Below are positions 12,660-24,444 of a stretch of 64,000 nt of DNA, piece by piece (position 1 is the first letter of the stretch; each line of letters begins with the position of its first letter). Where the stretch lies: the NCBI GenBank assembly GCA_024679065.1, contig JAGIQG010000026.1, forward strand, positions 31,992,001-32,056,000, in the 5' to 3' direction. The notes below the pieces were generated by a model that was not told the origin of the DNA, searched no databases, and saw nothing but the letters and a program-made list of their open reading frames with translations. Position numbers and translations under genes: made by a program. This DNA comes from Sphyrna mokarran (taxonomy: Eukaryota).

Positions 12660-15150
12660 TGGGGTCTTTTATGCAGTTGTTGCCACTCCATTTAATTAGT
12701 TGAATCTCTTCCCCTGGTTAATACTAGTGTGTTAGAGCTGGTTACAATGAGTGACTGGGCTACTCCTATTGTACCTGTCATGAAACCAGATGTTTCAGTT
12801 TGTATTTAAAACAACCATATATGTGTGCTGATCAATATCCACTTCCTTCAGTTGGGGATTTGCTTGCTGGGTTATCAGATGGGCAGAGATTCAACAAGAC
12901 TGATCTTTAACAAGTAATTTACAGATGAATGTAGCTGCTGAACCTCTATCATTGTTACTCAAAAGTTTATTTCATTATAAAAGATTGTCTTTTGAAATAA
13001 CATCCACATCAGTCCTATTCCAAAGATCGATGGATCAGAAGATGGACGATATTCTAATTACAGGGTCTAGTGAACAGAAGCACTTTGAGTATTAAGCCTT
13101 TAAAATTTATTTATTAGTGTCACATATAGTCTTATATTAACACTGCAATGAGGTTCTATGAAAATCCCCTAGTTGCCAAGCATAGCCAATGCACCTAACC
13201 AGCATGTCTTTCAGACTGTGGGAGAAAACCAGAGTAGCTGGAGGAAATGCATGCAAACACAGTGACTCAAGCTGGAATCAAACACAGGTCCCTGACATTG
13301 TGAGACCGCTAAGAATGTGATACCATGCTGCCCATGGTGAATATTGAATATATATATATATAATATAAAATATTTAACATAGGAGAAACATGAGAACATT
13401 TTATGCACATGGTCTGTGTATTGAGATAAAGAAAAGTGAATTCTTTCCAGACTTCAATCCAGTATTTAGGTTACGTTTTTGATAGTAAAGGCCTACATGA
13501 AACACCTAAACAGATGGACATTACTTAAGAAGCACCATGACTGACAAATGTGGTGCAGTTGAGGTCCTTTCTAAGATTAATAAGTTATTGTGGCAAGTTT
13601 GTTCCTAATTTAACTACATTATTCAAGCTACATAATTTACTGTGTTAAATAGTCATGGGACTGGACAACAGGCTGTGAGAAAGCAAACATAAAGATTCTT
13701 TGCAGAAGTCTGAAGTCTTGGTTCATTTTAGTCTGAGGCTACCATTACTGCTTGCTTGAGCTGCTTCACCTTATGGAATGGGGCAGTCATTTCACAAATT
13801 GTGCCTTTGGGAGAAGAACAACCAACAGCTTTTGCTTTGCAAAATCTGACAAGTGCTGAATCTAATTATGCACAGCTAGAAAATGAAGCATTTAGCATAA
13901 TTGTTTTACAAATGTTTATCATTTATATGATCATTTCATATTACTGACAAATCATTGGCCCTTAAGTGCTATTTTTGGGCCATATAAAGGCCCGTTAACT
14001 GTTAATCAATTGCAAAGATGGTGACTTAGCTGCACATTTCTACCATAGAGTGTCATGCGATATCGATGTGTTATTATACTTACCTTTACCTATCGAGCAC
14101 ACACACTAACTAGTTTTGCTAATATTCTTCATTTTTCACTAGTGGATCATTTGCCTGTGACAGCTTCTCACATTTAGACACATACCAGCAATGATGCCAT
14201 GATGGAAAAGGTGATGGATATGGTATTGAAAGGAACAATAGCTGGTACACATCATCTGCACCCTGATTTTAAACCATGATTGTCAAGAAAGCATGAGTTG
14301 ATCATCCAAGGTGGGTGTCTATGTGGAGAAACCAGGTGATTGCTCTTCCTAATCTACATGGAAGTTCTTGAACAACTACATGAAGGTCATCTTAGTATAG
14401 GCTGGATAAAGGAATTAGCATAGTTATTTTTGGTGGCCAGGTCGGGATGCTCAGATTGAATAGTGGGAGTGTGTCAATTTTTTCCATATATAAGAAATAC
14501 ACAATCATTTCTTCCTTTACACCCTTGGAAATGGTCTAAAATGCCATGGCAACAATTGCATGAGGTTTTATTGGTCCATTTGACCAATAATTGATGTACA
14601 AAGTGACCAGGAGTTTTCATCATGAGATTTGGTAAACCAGAACAGATTGTTAGTGATATTGGTTTAAGTAAAAGAGTTTGAGGATTATCTCAAAATAAAT
14701 AGATAAAATCTGCACCTTCTTCTCCATCAACTAACACTAACACATTAGCTGATTCATACAATCCTTAAAACATTATTTTAAAACATCAGAAGAGCAAGAT
14801 TCATGATCACGTTGTGTGAATAGCTTTTTGGCATCTTGTAGAAACACTATTCGTGACTACCCAAAGTTTACTGCATTACTATCCTTAAAGAGAGAATTGA
14901 GAATCATGTTTAATTTATTACCTCCACAAACTTAACAGATAGTGGAGAGTCAACAACAATCTCAAGTTGCTAAATGAGAAGTGAGGGCAAAGCAACATTT
15001 CAATAAGGAGATTGTGTGTTAGCGACTAATTATGCCATGAGTGAGAAATGGGTACAAGCCATAGTTGTGGCAAAAACAGTCCAACTTCTTAAAAGGTTCA
15101 AACCGAAGATAAACTAGTTTAGTGACACTTTGCTGTCCAATTGTTGTCCT
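12660..15150 (+). mobile_element. Degenerate Ty3/Gypsy LTR-retrotransposon pol relic (RT-RNase H-integrase), interrupted by a SINE at about 13100-13333
   Basis: Fragments translate to SDWATPIVPVMKPD, DQYPLP..DLLAGL, DDILITG, IQYLGY, GAVISQ...NYAQLENEA, LHEGHL..FWWP, LHPWKW..PWQQLH, RFGKPEQIVSD; many stops and frameshifts; RT-RH-IN order. Confidence 0.88.
13100..13333 (-). mobile_element. tRNA-derived SINE nested in the Gypsy relic
   Basis: tttatttattagtgtcac...agccaatgcacctaaccagc...accatgctgccc. Confidence 0.75.
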
Positions 15151-15265
15151 CTTGAAATGATTTCACAAAATCATTTCCAGGAGTATCCACATCTTAGTCC
15201 TAGTGTTGTGAATGCTACTCAGAAGCCTCAGCTGAATCTGAGTTTCCTGATAATTGAGAATTATA

Positions 15266-15605
15266 AAATCATAGAATCCTAAAGTGCAGAAGGAGGGCAT
15301 TCAGTCCATCGAGTCTGCACTGACTCTCCAAAAGAGCACCTTACCCAGGCCCTATCCCTGCAACTCCATGTTTTTAATCCCACTAATCCTCCTCACCTAC
15401 ACATCATGAGGCACTAAGGGACAATTTAGTATGGTAATCATGCACATCTTTGGACTGTGGGAGGAAACCAGAGCACTGAGAAGAAACCCACACAAACATG
15501 GGGAGAATGTGCAAATTCCACACAGACAGTAACTTGAGGCTGGAATTAAGAATGGGGTCCCTAGCACTATGAGGCAGCAGAGTTAACTGCTGTGTCAAGA
15601 CCACA
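15266..15605 (-). mobile_element. tRNA-derived SINE (HE1-like)
   Basis: atcatagaatcc...ctttggactgtgggaggaaacc...gaggcagcag. Confidence 0.8.
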
Positions 15606-18503
15606 AAAGGAGGGATTTTATATATTTAAAAGCATTCATGATTGCTTTCACAGCTGATCACATGTTTTGATGGTGATGTCATTAGAAAGTTGTGGAGGCT
15701 GCTTTTCACTTTTGATGTGTAATCTGTGCAGTTCAGAAAATATCTGTTTCAATAGATCTGTTATTAATTTCAATATACGTGTGCAATCCAAATCTTTCCT
15801 TTTTGCCAGGGACCTGGATTTGATTTTTCTGGCACCAACCTGATCCACATAGACTTCTCCAGCCCATTGAGCCTGCCAACCTTCAAGGTGTCATAGTTGC
15901 TATGGGAATGTACACTTCCAGATCAGACCACATCTGGAGTACTGTGAAATTTTTTGTCCCCTCATTTAAAAAGGATACAATTATATCAGAATGTTCACTT
16001 GACTCATTCTTGGGATGAAGATCTTATTTTATGAAGAAAAGGTGACCAGGTTGGGCCTATACCTGTTGGAGTTGAGAACCGGCCTCTCCAAGGGCTGGCC
16101 TGAAGATGAGAATTGGCCCATGAATGATTCAGCTTACCAGACTGTTGGACTTAACACTGAAGATTTAATTGACCTCGAATTGAAAAATGCTATGCAGAAC
16201 AGAGTATGGTGATTGCAAGGAGTGAAGCATCTGCAGTGGGATGTAGGCAAGTTGGGCCTTGGAGTAACTTTGAGTGGGGGGGACAGATCTCAAAATTTGG
16301 GCAGGGCCCTGATACAGCATGTGGGATGGATGGAGGGGTTAGAATGTGCAAGGCAAGGGCTGCAAGGGAGGGGTGGGGGAGGAGGTCACAAGATCCCTAA
16401 TCAGGCCCTGCCATTGTTTTGAGAGGTTGATAGAATACTGAGATTGCCACCCATGTCTACAATGTGTACACGTCCTTACTCCTTACAGAGCTCATTTCAC
16501 TTACACTTACTCACTTCAGTCCATGTATTTATCTAGTAATAACCAAATCCAGAATTAATAAAGGGAATTATGGGTTGCAATCCAGTGAGCAACTCCAGAG
16601 AAAAAAATCTGATAATAGCAGTACCCACATTCAAAGGGGCTGATGAAATGCATCCTCTTTCCAGTAACAAGATTAGCAGACACCTTGGTAAGATCAGATA
16701 TGAATATCCAAGATGGTTGTGAGATCAGAAGAGGCATACAGATATTCATTTTCAAGAATAAAGGAATGTAGGCAAGACAAATGGCCCAAAATACAGTGAG
16801 CAGAATCAAGCGAGCCAGTGGGATAATTGGCAACTCCTGCAGAATAAGGGAGGCCAGTTTAGCATCTCATTGACAGTCCAGAGTACCTTATTTAACATGA
16901 ATGTTGTGTGGGGAAGAGATATTCTTACTGAGTTCAGGTATCATAAATACAGTTTAGAACAAAGGGTATTTTGAGATAAAATTGTGTGTATTTGCATTAT
17001 TCCACTTTGTGCTTTATAAAATTATAGTCCTGTTCATGTCTTTTTTTTCAATTACTAAATAGTAATTGGTACACTACAACTGCTTATTTTTATGAGTGGT
17101 TTCATGTGACCCCCCCTCACACCATTTCAAAAACAATATACACCACAACAAACTGGTGTCTAATGTTGAGATGTCCTTGCAGATAATACTTGCATGTTAC
17201 AAGAGTGATCCTGAGAAGTAAGATTTGTACTCCAGGCCTGGAAATTATCTGCACTAACCACCCAGAATACTTATCAATGGATAATGGTGAGCCCCTTAGG
17301 AAGCCTGAGCCAGGAGAGGTAAATTGAATTGGAAGGCCGAGTCTTTGAAGGTTTTGGACTGGTAACCTCTTCATTAGTGAGCACCATGGGTGTGAGAAGA
17401 TAGCTGTTTACAAGGAGTGCAATACCAAGCACCATTATTTTGTACAAAACATTTTGGCAGATCTGAGATTCAGAGGTGAGAATCACCAACTGAACTTGTT
17501 GAAGCAAAGCATCATCAGGCAGCAATCTCTCTTGAAGGCTGCGTGAACGAGAGTTTATCTTTCATAACCAGAGTTATGAGACAGTATCCAAGGTCAATTG
17601 CTTGATAGCTTGATGCAATAATCAAGTGAGGGAAGCAATTGGTCAATGAGGAATTTATGAAAGATTGCTTGGGTCTGTTTGTATCTGTAGCATTAACAGT
17701 CGGTGGTGGAGGGAACCAGCCTTTCACACCAGAGCACTGACAAACCTAGCAGCCAATATTTAGAATTCTCTAATCATATGACTGAATGTCTTTAAGTTTT
17801 ACAATCTGTGTCTTGATGACAACAGATGATACAACTGAACTTGCAATCGCTGCAATAGGAGTCATAAAAACCTTTGGAGTTTTTAAGGATGACCTCTGCC
17901 CAATGAAAGGCATGACAACAGAGTCAGAGGTCTTCACTGAAGTGCAATGTACAAATACTGTGGCCTGACAACTGCTGGAGTTCCTTTGATGCTAGGCAAA
18001 CACAATAGTTTTGTCAGTCTGATGCTCAAATTAGTGCCTCAGGGAGTCATCACACATCATTCATGAAGATAAGTTGTGTGCAAAGACCCTGAAGAGGAGA
18101 CACATGAGGGACAAGGTCCTCTCAACTGACAATTTCATACAGTGCAAAGGGCTTGATCAGATAGTTATGAAACTTCCTTGCAGATGCAGGCTCACAGCAT
18201 AAGAGGTTTCATTTACTTCAGCCAGGTGCACCAGCTAAGGAAGGTGGCCACACAATTTGAAGGTGAAACTCCAAGGATCAGTTTGTCAATAGACTGCACG
18301 AGCATGTCCATGTGTTCACTGAGAAGTTAGAACCACATTATAAAACAATTAGCTGGGAAGAGAGCTGTCCATTTCACAGCATTGTTATCAGAGCATGCGG
18401 AGGCAGTGAACCATGAGAAATATACTGATTGGTGGCTCGAGAGTTAAATTCGAGCATGTGCATTTCCGGAAGCACTTTGGAACTGATGCTGCTAACATGT
18501 TTC

Positions 18504-18548
18504 AGATGGAGCTAACAGAGATGGAGCTAACAGAGATGGAGATGACAG
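18504..18548. repeat. 15-bp minisatellite, about 3 copies (AGATGGAGCTAACAG)
   Basis: Direct inspection; third copy diverged. Confidence 0.85.
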
Positions 18549-19384
18549 TGAAGGATGCTTTTGCAGACCATAACCATCTTGACATTTTACAGGCATTATG
18601 TTCGCACTGAATCACCCATATCCGTTAAGATGCGCTGGTCGCATCATTGCAAACAGCCGTTTTTGTGAATAGAGTATCAAGTCAAAAATCAAGATCACTG
18701 TTGACAAACAGACATCAACCTGGAATACTCTGCGTCACCTGAAGTGTGCAGGAAGCAACTGACTTCTAGATGGCAGATGGGATGGGGGTTACTGAAATGT
18801 GGATGAAGTGATAAATTAGTTCTCTTACGTGTCGACTTACACATGAAGGTACAGATTTCCGTTGCTCGCAATAAATTTCAAATCATCTGGTTATTCCCTT
18901 TTCTTCCAGGCCTTGTGCATGGGACCTCCTGCAAATGAGAAAAGAATAGGAATGTGGTCCCTCACATGAAGGGGACAAGAATAAATTAGGATCGTTCCTG
19001 ACAGTTGGGAATCAGGTCTGGGATTAGTACATGGGACTTAGTAAGATAGAGGGTTATAGGTAAGCCTAGTAGGTAGAGATATGTTCAGCACAACTTGTGG
19101 GCCGAAGAGCCTGTTTGTGCTGTAGTTTTTCTATGTTCTATATGTCATGTTGTTATATCAAGTACATGGGAAGGTTATTAATGTATTGTAGTAAGGAAAA
19201 ACAAGGTCTGATTTCTCACTGAATAAGTAATCAACCAACAGAAGTTGAGGCAATAAATTTGTCTTATCTGCAGTTTGTTTATAGAGATGCAGATTGTTAT
19301 TGCTTGAAGTAACAAAATAAATTTCCATTCCTCTCAGCCAGTTTCCTTTTCTTCTCAAGCATTGTTTCATCTCCCTAATAGAAA

Positions 19385-19676
19385 ACTTTCTTTTTGTTTT
19401 TATTCCTACTCAATCAAGTCCAATTCAGAGTCTGAACAAGGTGAGACATCCCTGATCCCTCACCTCCTATTTTGGGCTTGATCTACATGATCGAAGCCAG
19501 TTGGAGCAGGCATGGCTCCTCCTCCAAAACTTGTTCTCATTTGCATCTTAATCAAAGGGCCGAGATGCCGCTTTAAAAAATTGCTTCAAATGAAGCTGAA
19601 ATGTAACCTAATGATTTTAGCCAAGCATAGCACGTCAATACTCCACTTGATCTTAGCCAAAAGGCTGAGAAGCGAT
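19385..19676 (-). repeat. U2 snRNA-headed structured repeat / U2 chimeric retrocopy
   Basis: Minus 19676-19638 ATCGCTTCTCAGCCTTTTGGCTAAGATCAAGTGGAGTAT matches U2 nt 1-39 at 37/39; second U2-like unit at 19572-19475; A-rich end with AATAAA near 19385-19405. Confidence 0.75.
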
Positions 19677-21012
19677 ACCAAAAAACATTAGACAAGCCTG
19701 GTTTAGAAACATGAGGGGCGATCTTATTGAAACATAGCAGATCCTGAAGGTACACGAGAGGGTGGGTGTATGTGTTCCTAGACCAGGTATAAATGGATAC
19801 GATTAGGTCTGCTTCTAATCTTAATCCTTAGGGTGTATGTACGTTCATACATATCTCTGTCATCAATGTCACAATGCTTGTTCGCACAACTCAATTGATT
19901 TCAAGTGGTTGGACTTTGTGAAGATTCAAAGGGCCTGGCTGATTGACATTTTACTATCCTTCAGTCCTAACCTTTCATGGAGAAATCTATCAATGGAGCA
20001 CATTTTTTCAAAGTTTTTGTTTAAAAACACATCTAACTTTATACTGTGATGTTAATTGGTTCCAGAAAATAACAATGAGTCAGCTAGCACTGGGGTCATG
20101 CAGGATGGGTGGAGTAACAGATTGGCATTGGTGACATGAGAGAATCTTTTGAACTTGCCTTGTAGAAGATCCCCTCAGGCATAGTATGATTCACAGTTCC
20201 TCTAAGGAGCCATAAGCTAGGAGTCTTTAAAAACCTGACCCACCTCAATGAAAACTGCAGGAAGAGGAGGTATCCATCTCTGCAATACAGTTGGCCAAGT
20301 TGGAAATACCAGATGCAGTCTTCTGGCAAGAAGCAATCCACATCCTTTAAAGGCACACACAAAAAAACCAAGCAACCCAAGAACAGGATCAGGAACCTCA
20401 GGAATCAGCAACCACACGCTATTATTAAAGGGTCCCCCACCTGAAAATCCAGGCCATTGTTCTGAACAAACAGTTTTCCATTTAAGACTGAAAAGGAGAA
20501 ATGTTCTTCTCTCAGAAGTATGTGAATCTTTGGAATTCAGAAAGTTGGAGAGCCAGAGTCATTGACTATATTCAAGGCTGAATTACAACAGAATCAAGGG
20601 TTATAGATATAAACAGGAAACTGAGGCCAACACATTATATTTTCAAGTAGTAGGTTAGATGTAGCTCTTGGGGCAAAAGGGATCAAAAGGTATATGGGGG
20701 AAAGCAGGAACAGGTTATTGAACTTGATGATCAGCCTTGATCATAATGAATAGTAGAGCAGGCTCGAATAGTCAAATGGCCTACTCCTGCTTCTATTTTC
20801 TATGTTTCTATGATGTTGAGATCAATATCAGAGCAGCCTTGATCTTGAAGCATACAGAAATATAAGGAACCGAATGGCATACTCCTGCTCCTATTTCTTA
20901 TGTTTGCGTCCACAGCCTTATTGAACAAAAACCTAAATAAATTTTAAAAATCGGTGTTCTGTAATGTTTCAACATTAACTCCATCAATTGGAGTTAATGC
21001 CAATTGGAGTAT

Positions 21013-21213
21013 GCCGCACTTGGAGTATTGTGTGCAGTTCTGGTCCTCGCATTATAAGAAAGATGTGGAGGCATTGGAGAGGGTACAGAGGAGGTTTACC
21101 AGCATGTTGCCAGGTATGGAGGGCAGGTCTTATGAGGAGAGGCTGAGGGATTTGAGGTTGTTTTCGTTAGAAAGAAGGCGCCTAAGAGGAGACCTTATTT
21201 AAACGTACAAGAT
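21013..21213 (+). mobile_element. Internal CR1 ORF2 fragment, truncated at both ends
   Basis: [34 protein letters not shown]...RRLRGDLI; highly similar to 21909-22108. Confidence 0.9.
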
Positions 21214-21512
21214 TCATTCATTCTAAAGCAAATAATATTTAAAAATATATACAGAACCTCCAACATACCAAAACTACACACATGCCCTTTTCTTTCTTCC
21301 TCCCTTGCAATCATATTTCCCCAAGTGAAAAGGTGTGACTATTTCACTTTTTCTGTGCATTGTCATCTTTTCAGAGCTTTTTGGCCCATTCAGACCAATT
21401 ACAAATTACCCTTTATTACTGAGCCCTTTGGAAAGGCGTAGGCATTGGTGGCATCCTTGAAAAACTGGCGCTGCTACTGTGTCCAAAGTAATTGCATGTT
21501 TATCATTGCAAT

Positions 21513-22642
21513 AGCAGTTAGTAATGCTGCCTCACAATGCCAGAGACCTGGGTTTGATCCCTGGCTTGGGTAGCTGTATGTACAGAGTCTGCATGTTCAA
21601 TCCATGTGAGACTTGGACAAGTTGCAGAACTGGGCCAAGAGGTGGCAAATGGAGTTTAATGTGGAAAAGTGTGAGGTAATTCACTTTGGCAGGAATAACA
21701 AATGTGTAGAGTATAGGGCTAATGGTAGGACTCTTAATAGTGTTGATGAACAGAGGGATCTTGGTGTATTTGTGCACAGATCCCTGAAAGTTGGCAATCA
21801 AGTCAATAAGGTTGTTAAGAAGGCACGTGGAGTCTTAGCTTTTATTGGTAGGGGGATTGAATTTCGGAGCCGCAACGTTATGTTGCAACTGTACAAAACT
21901 CTAGTGCGGCCGCACTTGGAGTATTGTGTGCAGTTCTGGTCCTCGTATTATAAGAAAGATGTGGAGGCATTGGAGAGGGTACAGAGGAGGTTTACCAGGA
22001 TGTTGCCTGGTATGGAGGGCAGGTCTTATGAAGAGAGCTGAGGGATTTGAGGTTGTTTTCGTTAGAAAGGAGGCGGCTAAGAGGGGACCTAATCGAAACA
22101 TATAAGATGATTAGAGGTTTAGATAGGGTGGACAGTGATAGCCTTTTTCCTAGGATGGAGAAAGCTAGCACGAGGGGACATAGCTTTAAATTAAGGGGTG
22201 GTAGTTATAGGACGGATGTCAGAGGTAGGTTCTTTACCCAGAGGGTGGTAAGGGTATGGAATGCCCTGCCTGCTGCAGTTGTAGATGCGCCAAGTTTGGT
22301 GGCGTTTAAGAGGTTAGTAGATAAGTTTATGGACGAAAAGGGAATGGTTTAGTCTGGAGGCTCATTGCTTTTTCCTAATTGGTCGGCGCAACATCAAAGG
22401 CCGAAGGGCCTGTTCTGCGCTGTAATGTTCTATGTTCTATGTCTGTATGGGTTTTCCCCGGGTGCTTCATTTTCCTCCCACAGTCTGAAAGACATGCTGA
22501 TCAGGTGCATTGGCCATGCTAAATTCTCACTCAGTGTACCTGAACAGGTGCTGGAGTGTGGCGACTAGGGCATTTTCATAGTAACTTCATTGCAATGTTA
22601 ATGCAAGCCTACTTGCGATGCTAATAATAAACTTTAAACTTT
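21513..22642 (+). mobile_element. tRNA-derived SINE split by a young CR1 insertion
   Basis: SINE head 21513-21607 resumes at about 22442 (ctgtatgggttttccccgggtgc...taataataaactttaaactt). Confidence 0.8.
21608..22441 (+). mobile_element. Young 5'-truncated CR1 LINE (ORF2 C-terminus plus 3' UTR)
   Basis: ORFs 21613-22041 and 22047-22352 ([42 protein letters not shown]) joined by one frameshift; tail ggccgaagggcctgtt...(tgttcta)n. Confidence 0.95.
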
Positions 22643-22878
22643 ACAGAGCTAGCACTTTGATACAGTAACCTTCTGCTGAAGCAAATTTGAGCTACAGATA
22701 GTGAATTATCAGACTCTGAATTATCAGTTTTTCCTAGTACTTCAAATGCCTATACGTGATTTATATAGTGAGGAGTTTCCATTATAGACAATAGCTTTTT
22801 AAAAGATTTTAAAAATATATACTGTGATCTGTTTTCTGGTCCATATCTCAACTGCAGAAAAATACATTCATTTGAAAT

Positions 22879-22884
22879 TTTATT
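22879..22884 (-). terminator. Candidate HDGFL2 polyadenylation signal
   Basis: AATAAA on minus strand; ATTAAA alternative at about 23099-23104; 1.2-1.5 kb of unique 3' UTR-like sequence from the stop. Confidence 0.35.
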
Positions 22885-24347
22885 TGTTGTTTGAGCTCAG
22901 GTAATAAGCTGAAATGGTCACAAGTATATGTTTCAGAGCACTTCCAAAACATTTCTAAGATGGGCAAAAGCAGTCACCAAGTCAAATAGTCAAGTTAAGA
23001 ATCTTCAAATTTCTACAGCGGTCAGATTGATGTTATTTATGAATCTTTGATAACTAGTAGGAAACAAACTCAAAAGAATACTCCACACAAAATTTTTTTT
23101 TAATATATAAAAGTTTGCATTTTAAAACTTTCTAGATTAACCTGCTAAAGGCCATTTTTCCTTGGTGGTCTTTTACAACAGATTTGATTTTTCTCTCCTT
23201 TAAATTATTAACAAACAAAAGCCAGAGGTCAAGGCTCACAGTGCAGACCACCACAGTTAAGACGAAAAGCAATGATGAGGTTGATCAAGATGTAGAAGTT
23301 AGGCAATGTCAAAATGGAGTTTTACAAGTCTCTGGATTAAATGAGGAACGGAAGACAAAGAATGATAAGGAGCCCACAGTTTTGAGGTCATGTGGAAGAG
23401 TCGGAGATGATGTGACAAATGTTGATTTCAATATAGTAAGGATGAAGAGTACACAGAATGACATATTTGGAATTTAGAAGGAATGAGAGGGGAAGACGTT
23501 CAGAGGATCAACATGGAGTTGCTGCTCTTCCCTGCAGTGCTACTTTCTCGCACCCTCTTCTTAACATAAAGTAACTTGAGAAGGAAGCTCACTACATCTG
23601 TATCAACATCACATTAAAAACTCCCACAAGGTCAAACTTTAATAACTGGTACTGATAACAAAGTTGCACTTTACAATGACAAAACTGCCAATCTCTACAT
23701 AATCATTCTTCCTGTAAAAAAATTAGGTTAAATGCTGAGATATTAGCTATTTGGGGAAATTATGTAATGTAACATTGCAGCTGGAAGAGGTTAAAGAAGA
23801 AAATGAAGGAAAACGCACTTTGTCTAATTCTGTGAGCCAACCCATCATGGAGAACATACTTCAGACTGACAGAAACTTTAAACAAAAAACTTCATGAGAA
23901 GTAAAAGAAAACATACGCTCTGAAGTAAAGCATCCGCCATTAATTTCCTCGAGTGTTCTCCCAATTGGCCACTGCAGCAAAAGCCTGCGTACATGTCTAT
24001 CCAGGACTTCCGCTACTCAGGAGAACCCAGAGGAAATTCCTGGTGATAAATTTAATCCACCAAAAAGCAGCCATTTCTGCACTTTGCGCCTCATTGACTT
24101 CCTCTGCTCAAGGTCAGAAAAAAAAAGATACATTTAATGTGCAGATCTATATTTTTGTTTTTCTTTTTTCAAAAAGATGAAGAAATACAGAGTTCTGCAA
24201 AGTAAGTGACCTCATTCAGCTTCTTCACGTGGGCAGACAACAAACCAGGCTTTACTAGCTTCTAGGACGATTCAAGTGACAAATGTTCTTCTTTGAAAGC
24301 AACCCAGATTTTAAAACGTGTCCCATAGTTGATTATGGCTCAAAGCC

Positions 24348-24444
24348 TTAGCTCTCATTAGCTGATTCCATCTCCATTGGAACGATCTCTGTATCGGTGG
24401 TGTGTTGATCATCTGATTGAAGCACTGCAGATATGTATGGAGCA
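24348..24444 (-). CDS. HDGFL2: HDGFL2 terminal coding exon ([10 protein letters not shown]...MESANES*)
   Basis: ttttacccttgcag acceptor, phase 2; TAA at 24350-24348; acidic ...ES* ending as in HDGFL2. Confidence 0.7.

Noticed and set aside
19638-19676. Functional U2 snRNA gene
   Set aside because: Only nt 1-39 match; the branch-point recognition sequence is mutated (GTGGAGTA vs GTGTAGTA) and the rest of canonical U2 is absent
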